A stretch of DNA of 64,000 nt, taken from positions 64,912 to 128,911 of the forward strand of contig CAZQHK010000005.1 in the NCBI GenBank assembly GCA_964593455.1. The letters are read 5' to 3'. The stretch is from an uncultured bacterium (GTDB lineage Bacteria; Muiribacteriota; CAYSPT01). How positions within the stretch are numbered: the first letter of the stretch is position 1; every line of letters starts with the position of its first letter. Made by a program: the position numbers and the translations under genes. Below are positions 25,661 through 34,356 of this stretch, in pieces. Under the pieces are notes generated by a model. It had not been told where the DNA came from. It saw only the letters and a program-made list of their open reading frames with translations, and ran no database searches.

Positions 25661-28042
25661 ATGAAGATAACACGGCGAGAATTTCTGCAACTGTCGGCTG
25701 CTTCCACCGGAGCGATGTTCCTGGCCGGAAGTGGCGCGCGGATACTCATGGCAGATGAAACGTATTACCTGGACAAAAAAGTCATCCCCGATACGTGGGA
25801 AAAAGCAGTGTGCCGCTACTGCGGAACCGGCTGCGGAACAGAGATCGGTGTAAAAAACAAGAAAGTAGTCGCTATCCGGGGCAACAGGGACTACCCGGTT
25901 AACAAAGGAGTGCTCTGCCTCAAAGGACTCACGTTGATGTACGTTCTGTATTCCCGGGAAAGAAGCTTTCACCCCCTCATAAGAAAGCAGGGCCGGTTCG
26001 CCAAGGCATCCTGGGACCAGGCCCTGGATCTGACAGCCAACACAATCAAGGAAACCGTAGAGAAGCATGGACCGGACTCCGTGGCCCTCTACGTCGGCGC
26101 CCAGATATTCACCGAAGAGATGTTCCTGGGAAACAAGCTCTTTAAAGGACTGATCGGTACCAACAACGTGGAAGCAAGCGCCCGGTTAGGCATGGCCAGT
26201 GCCGTCACCGGTTTTCTGACCACGTTCGGTTTGGACGAACCGCCCGGAGCATACGAAGATATCGAGAAAGCCGACTGTTTTTTCATCATCGGATCAAACC
26301 TGGCCGAGAACCATCCCATTATTTTCGGACGGATTTTGAAACGGAAAGCGGAGAACAAAAACTTCAAACTTATCGTCGCCGATCCGAGATTTACCCCTAC
26401 CGCCGCCCATGCCGATCTCTGGATATCCTTCTACCCGGGAACAGACCTGGTCCTGCTCAACTCCATGGCTTACGTCATGCTGGAAGAAAACTTGATCGAC
26501 CGCGATTTTATCGACCGTCACACGAAGATCGTCGAAGGCGGGAAAGTATGGGGAGACGAAAAAAATGTTAGCCTGCCCGAGTTCAGGGAATTTCTGAAAG
26601 AGTACCAACCACAGACCGCCGAACTGATGACCGGCGTGCCGAAAGAGAAAATAAGTCAGGCCGCCCGACTTTTTGCCGGGGCAGACAATACCATGTCCCT
26701 CTGGACCACGGGACTCAACCAGCGCAAATGGGGCACGTGGCTTAACAACCTGGTCTACAACCTGCATTTCCTGACGGGGAAAATTTGCAAACCAGGTTCT
26801 ACGGCCCTGTCCATGACCGGCCAACCCAATGACTGCGGTGGAGTGAGAGGACAGGGAATGCTCTCCCATATTCTACCCTGTCACCGCAGCGTCGAGAAGG
26901 CGAAACACCGGGAAGAAATGGAGGATATCTGGAAGATTCCCCACGGCTCCATATCCGAAAAACCGGGGCCGCACACCGTCAATATGTTCGACATGCTGGG
27001 CGATTCAATCAAGCTGATCTGGATCGTGTGTTCGAACCCGGCCCAGACGATGCCCAACCTGAAAAGGTTCTTCCCAAAAATGGAAAAGGCTTTTGTCATT
27101 GTTCAAGATATCTTTCCGCCCACCCAGGTCCAAAAGGACAAGTTCGCCCATGTGACCGCAGAGTTTGCCGACATCTTCCTGCCCTCCGCGTTCTGGATCG
27201 AAAAGGGAGGCGTCTTCGGAAACACGGAGCGAAGAAGTTCTCTCACGGAAAAGATCCTCGATCCACCTCACGGGTTGAAGGCGGACTGGGAGATCTTTAA
27301 AGAGGTGGCCACACGGATGGGATACGGCCAGTATTACGAACACTACACCGACACGGAGGTCATCTGGAACGAGTACCGGGAAGCTTCCAAAGGAACCGAC
27401 CTCGACCTGTTCGGAGCCTCATACTCGTACCTGAGGAAAACCGGCAGCGTTCAGTGGCCGATTTTGTCTGAAACCGAGGGCGATACGCCAAAACGCTACC
27501 AGTATCCGGAGGACAAATATCTGAAACACCTGGTCCATACCGGTCAGATAACCGTACCGGAAGACGGCATCTATTTCTACGGATTTCCGGACGGAAAAGC
27601 CAAAATATTCAAGCGCCCGTTCAAAGACCCGGCGGAAAAACCTGATAAAGATTATCCATTTTACCTGACCTCAGGACGGGTAGTTCACCACGGGCACTCA
27701 GGCACCATGACCATGCGTGTTCCCTGGTTGAAAAAGATGGTCAAAGAGGCATTCGTTGAAATCAATATGGTGGATGCCCGAAAAAACGGCATCCGGGACA
27801 ACGACCTGGTCCGGTTAACATCCCGCCGCGGAGAGATCATCTTGAAAGCCAAGGTGGTGGAATCCGAAGACGACCGTCAAAGAGGAATCGAGGGGCGTGT
27901 CAGTATTCCCATACCAGGCTTGTTGTTTGCCCCATTCTTCGATGTCGACAAACTGATTAATCTGATCACCGTTGACGCTTTTGATGACCTGTCCAAACAA
28001 CCGGAGTACAAGATCTGCGCCGTTAAACTGGAGAAAGTGTGA
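25661..28042 (+). CDS. napA: periplasmic nitrate reductase NapA-type molybdopterin oxidoreductase (Tat-exported), with the Mo-ligand Cys replaced by Gly
   Basis: Tat signal [15 protein letters not shown]. [4Fe-4S] motif [13 protein letters not shown]...[10 protein letters not shown]. The C-terminus [34 protein letters not shown] is nearly collinear with E. coli NapA [34 protein letters not shown]. Confidence 0.85.
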   Translation: [793 protein letters not shown]

Positions 28043-28046
28043 CGAT

Positions 28047-28703
28047 ATGAAGAAAAAACGGTACGCAATGGTTATCAATCTTGAAAAATGCCTGGGATGC
28101 AATACATGTACCATCGCCTGTAACATGGAAAACAGCGTTATGACCACCTGTACATGGCATGTCGTGCTCGACACGATACAAGGAACATATCCCGATTTCC
28201 AGCGGAAGTTCATTCCGAGACCTTGTTTTCATTGTGACGAACACCCGTGTGTCAAAGTCTGTACAACCGGCGCCTCCCACGTAAAAAAAGAGAACGGAAT
28301 CGTCCTGGTTGATCACCGCCTGTGTATCGGTTGCCGGACCTGTATGACCGCCTGTCCCTACGAAGCCCGGGTATTCAACTGGAGAAAGCCCGAGAGACCG
28401 CTGACAGAAAATCCGGTAGTCCCCGTCCGGAGGATTGGAACCGTGGAAAAGTGCACGTTCTGTGTTCACCGTCTGGATGACGCCGAGAAAAGAGATTTAG
28501 CGGTGGGAACGACTACCACCCAAAGAGATAATCAAAAAGTGGTGGCACCCGCCTGTGTGCAGGAATGCGTGGGGAACGCCAGGTACTTCGGCGACCTGAA
28601 TGATAAACAGAGTGAAGTCTACGAACTGCTCAAGAAACAGGTATACAAACGCCTGGAAGAAGAGGCCGGAACCGAACCGAACGTCTATTACATAGGATTA
28701 TGA
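28047..28703 (+). CDS. 4x[4Fe-4S] ferredoxin-type electron-transfer subunit (NrfC/DmsB/PsrB-like)
   Basis: ATG at 28047, 5 nt after the napA-like stop. Cys clusters CLGCNTCTIAC, CFHCDEHPCVKVC, CIGCRTCMTACP and CTFC...ACVQEC. Confidence 0.85.
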   Translation: MKKKRYAMVINLEKCLGCNTCTIACNMENSVMTTCTWHVVLDTIQGTYPDFQRKFIPRPCFHCDEHPCVKVCTTGASHVKKENGIVLVDHRLCIGCRTCMTACPYEARVFNWRKPERPLTENPVVPVRRIGTVEKCTFCVHRLDDAEKRDLAVGTTTTQRDNQKVVAPACVQECVGNARYFGDLNDKQSEVYELLKKQVYKRLEEEAGTEPNVYYIGL

Positions 28704-29911
28704 GGAAAGAAGTGAATAATGCCGTGATGAAACTATCCAAGAACTATTATCCCCTGGTTGGGCTCCTCTTCCTCCTGATCAGTGCGGCAGTTGTTTCTTA
28801 CTTCTACCAGGTAACGCACGGGCTGGCGGCAACCGGCCTGAGAGAACCCGTCACCTGGGGTTTCTATGTTGTCTTTTCCACCTTCTTTTACGGGTTGGGA
28901 GCCGGTATTATGATGATGCTGATGGTCGGCTTGATAAAGAAGAAAATTCAAGCAGAAAGCACACTTCTCTACTCTCTGGCGGCGCTGGTCAGCCTGATTC
29001 TGGCCGGCGCATTCATCATTATCAATCTGGGAAGACCCGACAGATTCTACTTTATCCTCCTACATCTTCAACCAGGCTCACCGCTCATGTGGGATTTATT
29101 CATCCTGATGTTTCTCTTGACGGTGACCGTTCTACTCGGCCTCGGTCAACTAAGGCACATCTACCTCGACTCTGAACCCGAAGAGAATGCTTCTTTTACC
29201 GAGCGTTTTCTCTACCGTGTGGTCACGGTCAAACGTGAATGGAAGATAAAAGAATCCTTACTGAAAAAACTCTACTTCCTGCTTTTGGCTCTGATCGCCG
29301 GGGGCTATCTGATTACTACCGAAGGGTTTGCCGGTATGCAGGCCCGCCCTGAATGGCACACTCCACTGGTAAACCTCAGTTTCCTGCTCACCGCCGCCCT
29401 TGGCAGCATTTCGTTACTGATACTCCTGGAAAGTCTGACCGGTGCTGCCTGGGGAACTGTTGGGGAGAACTCCTTCTTCAGGTCGGGGAAGAAACTACTG
29501 ATAGTCTTGCTGCTGGCCGATCTGGCGGTGATCGGAATCAAGTACTTTCGAGACGACCGCTTAACTCTCATTCGAAACATTATCACCCTGTTTCCTTACT
29601 CGATGGAGTCCTTCATACTGATAGGGAACCTTATCCCCGTTTTGCTTGTCTTGTCCTGCAGAAAAAGTAATAACGTTTCGGAGCGGCTGGTTCCGCTCCT
29701 GATTTTGGGTGGCGCTCTGCTCAAACGGGCCGATTTCATTATACCCGCCTACTACCGGAGGTGGCTGCCGTTTTCAATCGAAGCTATTTACTGGCCGACA
29801 CTGCCCGAGATATTGGTTATTGCAGGCACTTTCAGCGCCGGGATCGTCGCTCTGATAGGAGCTATCATACTCGTGAAACTGGTCAGCACCACATGTCGCG
29901 CAAAACAATAA
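28700..29911 (+). CDS. NrfD/PsrC-type polytopic membrane (quinol-interacting) subunit
   Basis: ATGA overlap with the upstream stop. About 10 TM helices. Position and size are typical of NrfD-family anchors of complex iron-sulfur molybdoenzymes. Confidence 0.7.
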   Translation: MRKEVNNAVMKLSKNYYPLVGLLFLLISAAVVSYFYQVTHGLAATGLREPVTWGFYVVFSTFFYGLGAGIMMMLMVGLIKKKIQAESTLLYSLAALVSLILAGAFIIINLGRPDRFYFILLHLQPGSPLMWDLFILMFLLTVTVLLGLGQLRHIYLDSEPEENASFTERFLYRVVTVKREWKIKESLLKKLYFLLLALIAGGYLITTEGFAGMQARPEWHTPLVNLSFLLTAALGSISLLILLESLTGAAWGTVGENSFFRSGKKLLIVLLLADLAVIGIKYFRDDRLTLIRNIITLFPYSMESFILIGNLIPVLLVLSCRKSNNVSERLVPLLILGGALLKRADFIIPAYYRRWLPFSIEAIYWPTLPEILVIAGTFSAGIVALIGAIILVKLVSTTCRAKQ

Positions 29912-30567
29912 ATCTGACAGATGAGCTGTATGAATATCTGCTTTCTGTCTCGGTACGGGAACCCGATCTTCTGAAAAAACTGCGCGATGAAACGGACCAA
30001 CTGGAAGAAGCCCGGATGCAGATATCACCGGAACAAGGGCAGTTCATGGCTTTGCTGGCCAGGCTGATAGGAGCAAAACGGACACTCGATATCGGGGTTT
30101 TCACCGGTTACAGCTCTCTTTGCCTGGCCCTGGCTCTGCCCGATGATGGGTATCTGGTGGCCTGCGATGTCAATAAAGAGTGGACCGATATTGCCCAACG
30201 CTACTGGCAGGAGGCCGGTGTCACCCACAAGATTGATCTTCGTCTGGCCCCGGCTGCCAACACCCTCGAGGAGTTGATCAGAGACGGACAGACAGGCAGT
30301 TTCGATTTCTCCTTTATTGACGCGGACAAAACAGGATACGATGGGTACTACGAAGGCTGTCTCACCCTCCTCCGACCGGGAGGGCTCATCGCTATTGACA
30401 ACGTGCTTATGCACGGACTGGTTCTGGCGCCCGAAACACTAGACGGTGATGTGCGAACAGGTGCGGAATCGATGTGCGCTTTGAACGAGAAGATCCATAC
30501 CGATGAGCGGGTGGATATCAGCCTGGCGCCCATCAGCGACGGACTCACCCTGGCCCGCAAACGGTAG
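29893..30567 (+). CDS. class I SAM-dependent O-methyltransferase (caffeoyl-CoA OMT family)
   Basis: ATG at 29893 overlaps the nrfD-like 3' end by 19 nt. Motifs: SAM motif LDIGVFTGYSSL, FIDADKTGY and GGLIAIDNVL. Confidence 0.8.
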   Translation: MSRKTINLTDELYEYLLSVSVREPDLLKKLRDETDQLEEARMQISPEQGQFMALLARLIGAKRTLDIGVFTGYSSLCLALALPDDGYLVACDVNKEWTDIAQRYWQEAGVTHKIDLRLAPAANTLEELIRDGQTGSFDFSFIDADKTGYDGYYEGCLTLLRPGGLIAIDNVLMHGLVLAPETLDGDVRTGAESMCALNEKIHTDERVDISLAPISDGLTLARKR

Positions 30568-30577
30568 CGGCAGGGAT

Positions 30578-30765
30578 ATTAACCCGCATATTTCACAAGT
30601 ACACCTGCTGCGGCCACGGATGCACCCGCATCTTCTACGTTGTGCTCTATCGGCTGTCCTCAGCGTATCGCCCGGATACGATTCCGGGAGCCTCGGTCGC
30701 ACGCCTTGAAGCTACAGGCGCCTCCACGACCTCGCGACGGAGACTCGTGAAATATGCGGGTTAAT
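30578..30765. repeat. family-B element: 188-bp unit with perfect 19-nt terminal inverted repeats (MITE-like or long hairpin)
   Basis: attaacccgcatatttcac (30578-30596) pairs with gtgaaatatgcgggttaat (30747-30765). It sits between convergent genes. A related short copy lies at 40625-40694. Confidence 0.75.
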
Positions 30766-30780
30766 CCATCTGTTCAAGTT

Positions 30781-31878
30781 TCATCCGTAACGGTCTAATG
30801 GTGTTTTCCTGAAAGGTCCCGGCTTCCTCAATTTTTCCGGTAGAGAGCAGTTGAATGTAGCATCTATGAAGGTGAGCCAGTTCTTCTTCCAGCGTTTCCC
30901 TTTGCCGGGAATTCCGGTCATCCGGGCGACGTTCGGATAGTGTTCAAGATCAGCGCCGATCACAAATCGGTGCATCGCGTGGTTTACATACCAGTACCCG
31001 CCTTCAGGTAAATGCACCCACTTATTTTGTATGATGGGCTGGTTGAAAATCTTGTCCGGCGGAACTGAATCGGAAAGGTTGTAAAAGTCCCTGTTATCCG
31101 GCGGTACGTGATTGATGCTGGCCAGTTTTTTCCCGTCTTTCGTATAGAGCCAGCTTTCGTACTTGATCCGTACCGCTTCGGCATGACCGGTGGTCCCGGA
31201 ACAGACGTCCCGGTAGGTGGGATTTGCCACAATCCCGCCGGTGTACCCGACCTCGGTAAAGAGAACTCCCGGGATCTTCCGGAAACTACTCTCAACTCCC
31301 CAAAAACACCGCGCGGCGAAGGTGGCGGTTTCCCTTTCAATATCCTGTTCATCGGTAAAAATGAGGGCCGCCGAGTTAATGCAATACCTGAGATTGGTAG
31401 GCATAGATCCATCCTCGAAGACATGTCCCAGGTGCGCGTCGCAACGGTTGCACCGTACCTCGATGCGAAGCATGCCGAGGCTGCGGTCCTGTTTTGTGGT
31501 AATACTGTTTCCGGTAAGAGGAGTATAAAAACTCGGCCAGCCGGTTCCCGAATCGAATTTAGTTTTCGAGCTGAAAAGCGGTTGACCGCAACAGACACAA
31601 CAGTAGGTCCCCCTATCTTTCGTGTTCCAGTATTGTCCGGTAAACGGAGGTTCAGTTTCTTCCTGCCTGGTAACCCGGTACTGCATCGGAGTGAGCTCGT
31701 TCCGCCATTCTTCGTCTGATTTCATGATCTTGTCTCTCACCGATTGTGCCTCCGATCCGTGATGTTCGCCCATTCGTTCCGACCCCACCACCGCTGCCCA
31801 ACCCATCACCAGGATAAACAGCATAAAGGCCAGTAATTTTCCTCTCGGCGTGTCGTTGAATCCGCCGGTCCGGTTCAT
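30781..31878 (-). CDS. msrAB: membrane-anchored MsrB - truncated MsrA fusion with an unrelated C-terminal ~125 aa
   Basis: ATG at 31878 (GGAAGGG RBS). TM segment [17 protein letters not shown]. MsrB part: [17 protein letters not shown]...[10 protein letters not shown]...GWPSFY...[13 protein letters not shown]. MsrA part runs only from CFWGVES to [12 protein letters not shown]. Confidence 0.75.
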   Translation of the reverse strand: MNRTGGFNDTPRGKLLAFMLFILVMGWAAVVGSERMGEHHGSEAQSVRDKIMKSDEEWRNELTPMQYRVTRQEETEPPFTGQYWNTKDRGTYCCVCCGQPLFSSKTKFDSGTGWPSFYTPLTGNSITTKQDRSLGMLRIEVRCNRCDAHLGHVFEDGSMPTNLRYCINSAALIFTDEQDIERETATFAARCFWGVESSFRKIPGVLFTEVGYTGGIVANPTYRDVCSGTTGHAEAVRIKYESWLYTKDGKKLASINHVPPDNRDFYNLSDSVPPDKIFNQPIIQNKWVHLPEGGYWYVNHAMHRFVIGADLEHYPNVARMTGIPGKGKRWKKNWLTFIDATFNCSLPEKLRKPGPFRKTPLDRYG

Positions 31879-32031
31879 TTCCGATTCCCTTCCACTCAAA
31901 ATGTAAAACGATCATTAACACAACCAAGTTTCCTCAGCCGGATAACCGAGAGCATCAAGGCCTGATTATTGCCATTAACAGATAAAACTTGTTATCCTTG
32001 AAATTGGAATCATTAGCCCGAGACTTTAAAA

Positions 32032-33456
32032 TTGCTTGAACAATTACCGACAGGAAAGCCGGGTCCCGTGACGGAACAAATCGACAGCAGCCAGAAAACC
32101 ATTCGTTTCGACAACCGGGATATCACTGCCGTTGACACTTACCGGAAGCAGAAAAACACCTCGGTCCTGACCATCATGTTCACCGATATCAAGGGTTTCA
32201 CCCGCCTGACCGAGGATAAAGGGGACGAGTATGCCAACCGGGTCCGCCGCCTGCATGACGATACCCTCCGGCGGATCATCGAGGAAGACGGCGCCGGAAA
32301 GATAATCAAACACATCGGCGATGCCGTCATGGCAGTCTTCAGCGAACCTTCCGCGGCGGTGGAAAAATCCATGGAAATTCAGCATCAATTGCACGCGTTG
32401 AACCGCGATCATGATGACCTGGAAGATATCCTGGTGCGCATCGGACTTCACATGGGACAGGTCACCACCGAAAACGAGGTCGATTTCGATGTTTTCGGCC
32501 GCCACGTCAACCGGGCTTCGCGGGTTGAAAACCTGGCTGACGGCGACCAGATCTACATGACGTATCCCGTATTCGACAGCGCCAAGGGGTGGCTGTTGGG
32601 CCGGAAGGCATCCGGGACACGATGGAAATCTCACGGCCGGTATTTCGTCAAGGGAATCGACAGCGCCATCGAAATTTATGAAGTGTATCATGTTGGCCGC
32701 CAACGTCCGAAACCACCGGCCAAGGCACGGAAAAAACGTAACCTGCCCACCCTTATCGTCGCTCTCCTGCTGATTCTGGCCGGAGCCGGCAGCGTTCTTC
32801 TTTTTGCACAGATGAAGAAAACTTCGGTGGTGTTCGTCAATTTTCCCAACTGGGACATTACTCTTGACCACTCGGACACCACTATCATGATCGACGGCGA
32901 ACCGGGGCAAAGAATGAGAAATTTACTGACCGGTATTTCCCCGGGAAAACACGTCCTTCACTGGGACTACAGTTACATGAAACGGTACTACGCCGAGATC
33001 GATGTCGAGCGCGGAGAAAACGTCATCGAGCCGAAGTTCACCGACAACTGCCTGCCGTCACTATCCCGGCATATCTCCTACTCGAAAGACGAAAATACCG
33101 TGGAGACGTCCTCGACGTTTACGTACAACGTGTACGGCAGCGGTATCGAGAGTCGCTTAAACACCGCAGATCTCGTGATTTCGGTAGCCATCGAAGCCGA
33201 TCAGGAAGATTCGGAAAATCTCATTTTTACCTATGACTGGCACTTCAGCCTTAACGGAGAACACCTCAACAGCGGACCCCTGACGGTGACCAACCGGTTA
33301 TCAAATGACGAAACCGTCCGCCGGGAGACAGTTATCTATTCGGATGATTACCACTACTATTCCATCCGGTACTACATCATCCGGAACTCGACCGAACTGG
33401 AAATCGGCTCCGGCTACATCGGGTACCTGCCGGACTCACCGGCTGCGGCCGAGTAA
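32032..33456 (+). CDS. class III adenylate/guanylate cyclase, N-terminal catalytic domain, one TM, C-terminal extracytoplasmic domain
   Basis: Canonical residues are present: IMFTDIKGFT, IKHIGDAVMAVF and FGRHVNRASRVE. TM segment LPTLIVALLLILAGAGSVLLF. The start is uncertain (TTG at 32032). Confidence 0.8.
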   Translation: MLEQLPTGKPGPVTEQIDSSQKTIRFDNRDITAVDTYRKQKNTSVLTIMFTDIKGFTRLTEDKGDEYANRVRRLHDDTLRRIIEEDGAGKIIKHIGDAVMAVFSEPSAAVEKSMEIQHQLHALNRDHDDLEDILVRIGLHMGQVTTENEVDFDVFGRHVNRASRVENLADGDQIYMTYPVFDSAKGWLLGRKASGTRWKSHGRYFVKGIDSAIEIYEVYHVGRQRPKPPAKARKKRNLPTLIVALLLILAGAGSVLLFAQMKKTSVVFVNFPNWDITLDHSDTTIMIDGEPGQRMRNLLTGISPGKHVLHWDYSYMKRYYAEIDVERGENVIEPKFTDNCLPSLSRHISYSKDENTVETSSTFTYNVYGSGIESRLNTADLVISVAIEADQEDSENLIFTYDWHFSLNGEHLNSGPLTVTNRLSNDETVRRETVIYSDDYHYYSIRYYIIRNSTELEIGSGYIGYLPDSPAAAE

Positions 33457-33483
33457 AATCTCGATTTCTATCTCAACACCTCA

Positions 33484-33550
33484 CTTTCTATACTCCTTGC
33501 TTGAAATGAGATTAATGAGATTGAGATTAGTAAGCAAGGAGTGTAGAAAG
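33484..33550. repeat. family-A repeat as an inverted pair (19-bp stem hairpin)
   Basis: ctttctatactccttgctt (33484-33502) pairs with aagcaaggagtgtagaaag (33532-33550). The loop holds gagatt/gattgagat modules. Confidence 0.75.
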
Positions 33551-33723
33551 AGGACCCTATGACGCCTGTCTCATCCTGCATTAACTCTCACATTCATTCA
33601 GTAGCAAAGCCTATCCGTCCCGCCCTGGGGTCAACCTTCGCTTCGCTGTTGCTTCGCAAGGCGCTTGCTCGACAAAGACTAGCCGGTAATCTCAATCTAA
33701 TACTCACTTGCCTCTCCAACCTT

Positions 33724-33754
33724 ACTTTCTACACTGATATTCCAGAGGGCGGGA
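33724..33754 (+). repeat. family-A repeat, long variant
   Basis: actttctacactgatattccagagggcggga, preceded by ctctccaacctt. It is a twin of 5307-5337. Confidence 0.8.
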
Positions 33755-33808
33755 AAAAAGGCACAATCAAGAAGAGGGCCTTGTAGTGGGCAGAAAGGTG
33801 CTGCATTT

Positions 33809-33842
33809 AAAAAGACCCCGGCCGAAACCGGGGTCTTCTTTT
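33809..33842 (-). terminator. rho-independent (bidirectional) terminator downstream of csp
   Basis: Stem gaccccgg-ccgaaa-ccggggtc, flanked by an A5 run on one side and a T-rich run on the other. Confidence 0.8.
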
Positions 33843-33863
33843 AATTCAGTTCAATTGAGTCGC

Positions 33864-34067
33864 TTACAGCGGATTAACGTTCTTTGCCGCAGGTCCTTTT
33901 TTGCCTTCTCCGACCTCGTACTCTACTGACTGACCTTCCTGAAGGCTTTTGAAGCCCTCCATCTCGATGCTGGTGTGATGCACGAAAACATCTTCGCCAC
34001 CGTCATCGGGAGTGATGAACCCAAAACCCTTCTGATCACTGAACCACTTCACAGTACCCTTAGTCAT
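33864..34067 (-). CDS. csp: cold-shock protein (CspA family)
   Basis: 67 aa: [34 protein letters not shown], with RNP1/RNP2 motifs. GGAGGAAG RBS. The upstream part of the ORF-track ORF is rejected. Confidence 0.95.
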   Translation of the reverse strand: MTKGTVKWFSDQKGFGFITPDDGGEDVFVHHTSIEMEGFKSLQEGQSVEYEVGEGKKGPAAKNVNPL

Positions 34068-34193
34068 TGTTACTTCCTCCATTCCGGGATGTACTTCTGG
34101 AAGGACACCCACACTATATTTGTCCGTCCTTTTTCCCAAATGGAGGTACACCCAAAAGGGTTAAGGCTACAGACTTAAGTAACGTCGAGCGCG

Positions 34194-34222
34194 ATTGTAA
34201 CCTATTTCAGTCAGAAATGCAA
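34194..34222 (-). promoter_or_regulatory. sigma70-type promoter of csp, implying a ~120-nt 5' UTR
   Basis: The reverse strand reads TTGCAT - 17 nt - TACAAT. Confidence 0.55.
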
Positions 34223-34317
34223 CAAAAATCATCACCGGCCGGTAACGATTCTTTTGGCCGACACGTATTAATCCTGCTGCGGAATTTTAACGAAAGCCCC
34301 TAAATGCCCGCACCATA

Positions 34318-34346
34318 TTGACTTTTCACGGCCGGTAAGATATTAC
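34318..34346 (+). promoter_or_regulatory. possible promoter of rmuC (very short leader)
   Basis: TTGACT - 17 nt - TATTAC, ending 10 nt before the ATG. Confidence 0.35.
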
Positions 34347-34356
34347 TTGGTATGTT

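Noticed and set aside
33305-33786. Two ORF-track ORFs (85 and 75 aa) in the cyclase-csp spacer
   Set aside because: They run through family-A repeat modules and a hairpin, have no RBS, and their sequences are implausible for proteins. The region is better explained as repeat-rich non-coding DNA.
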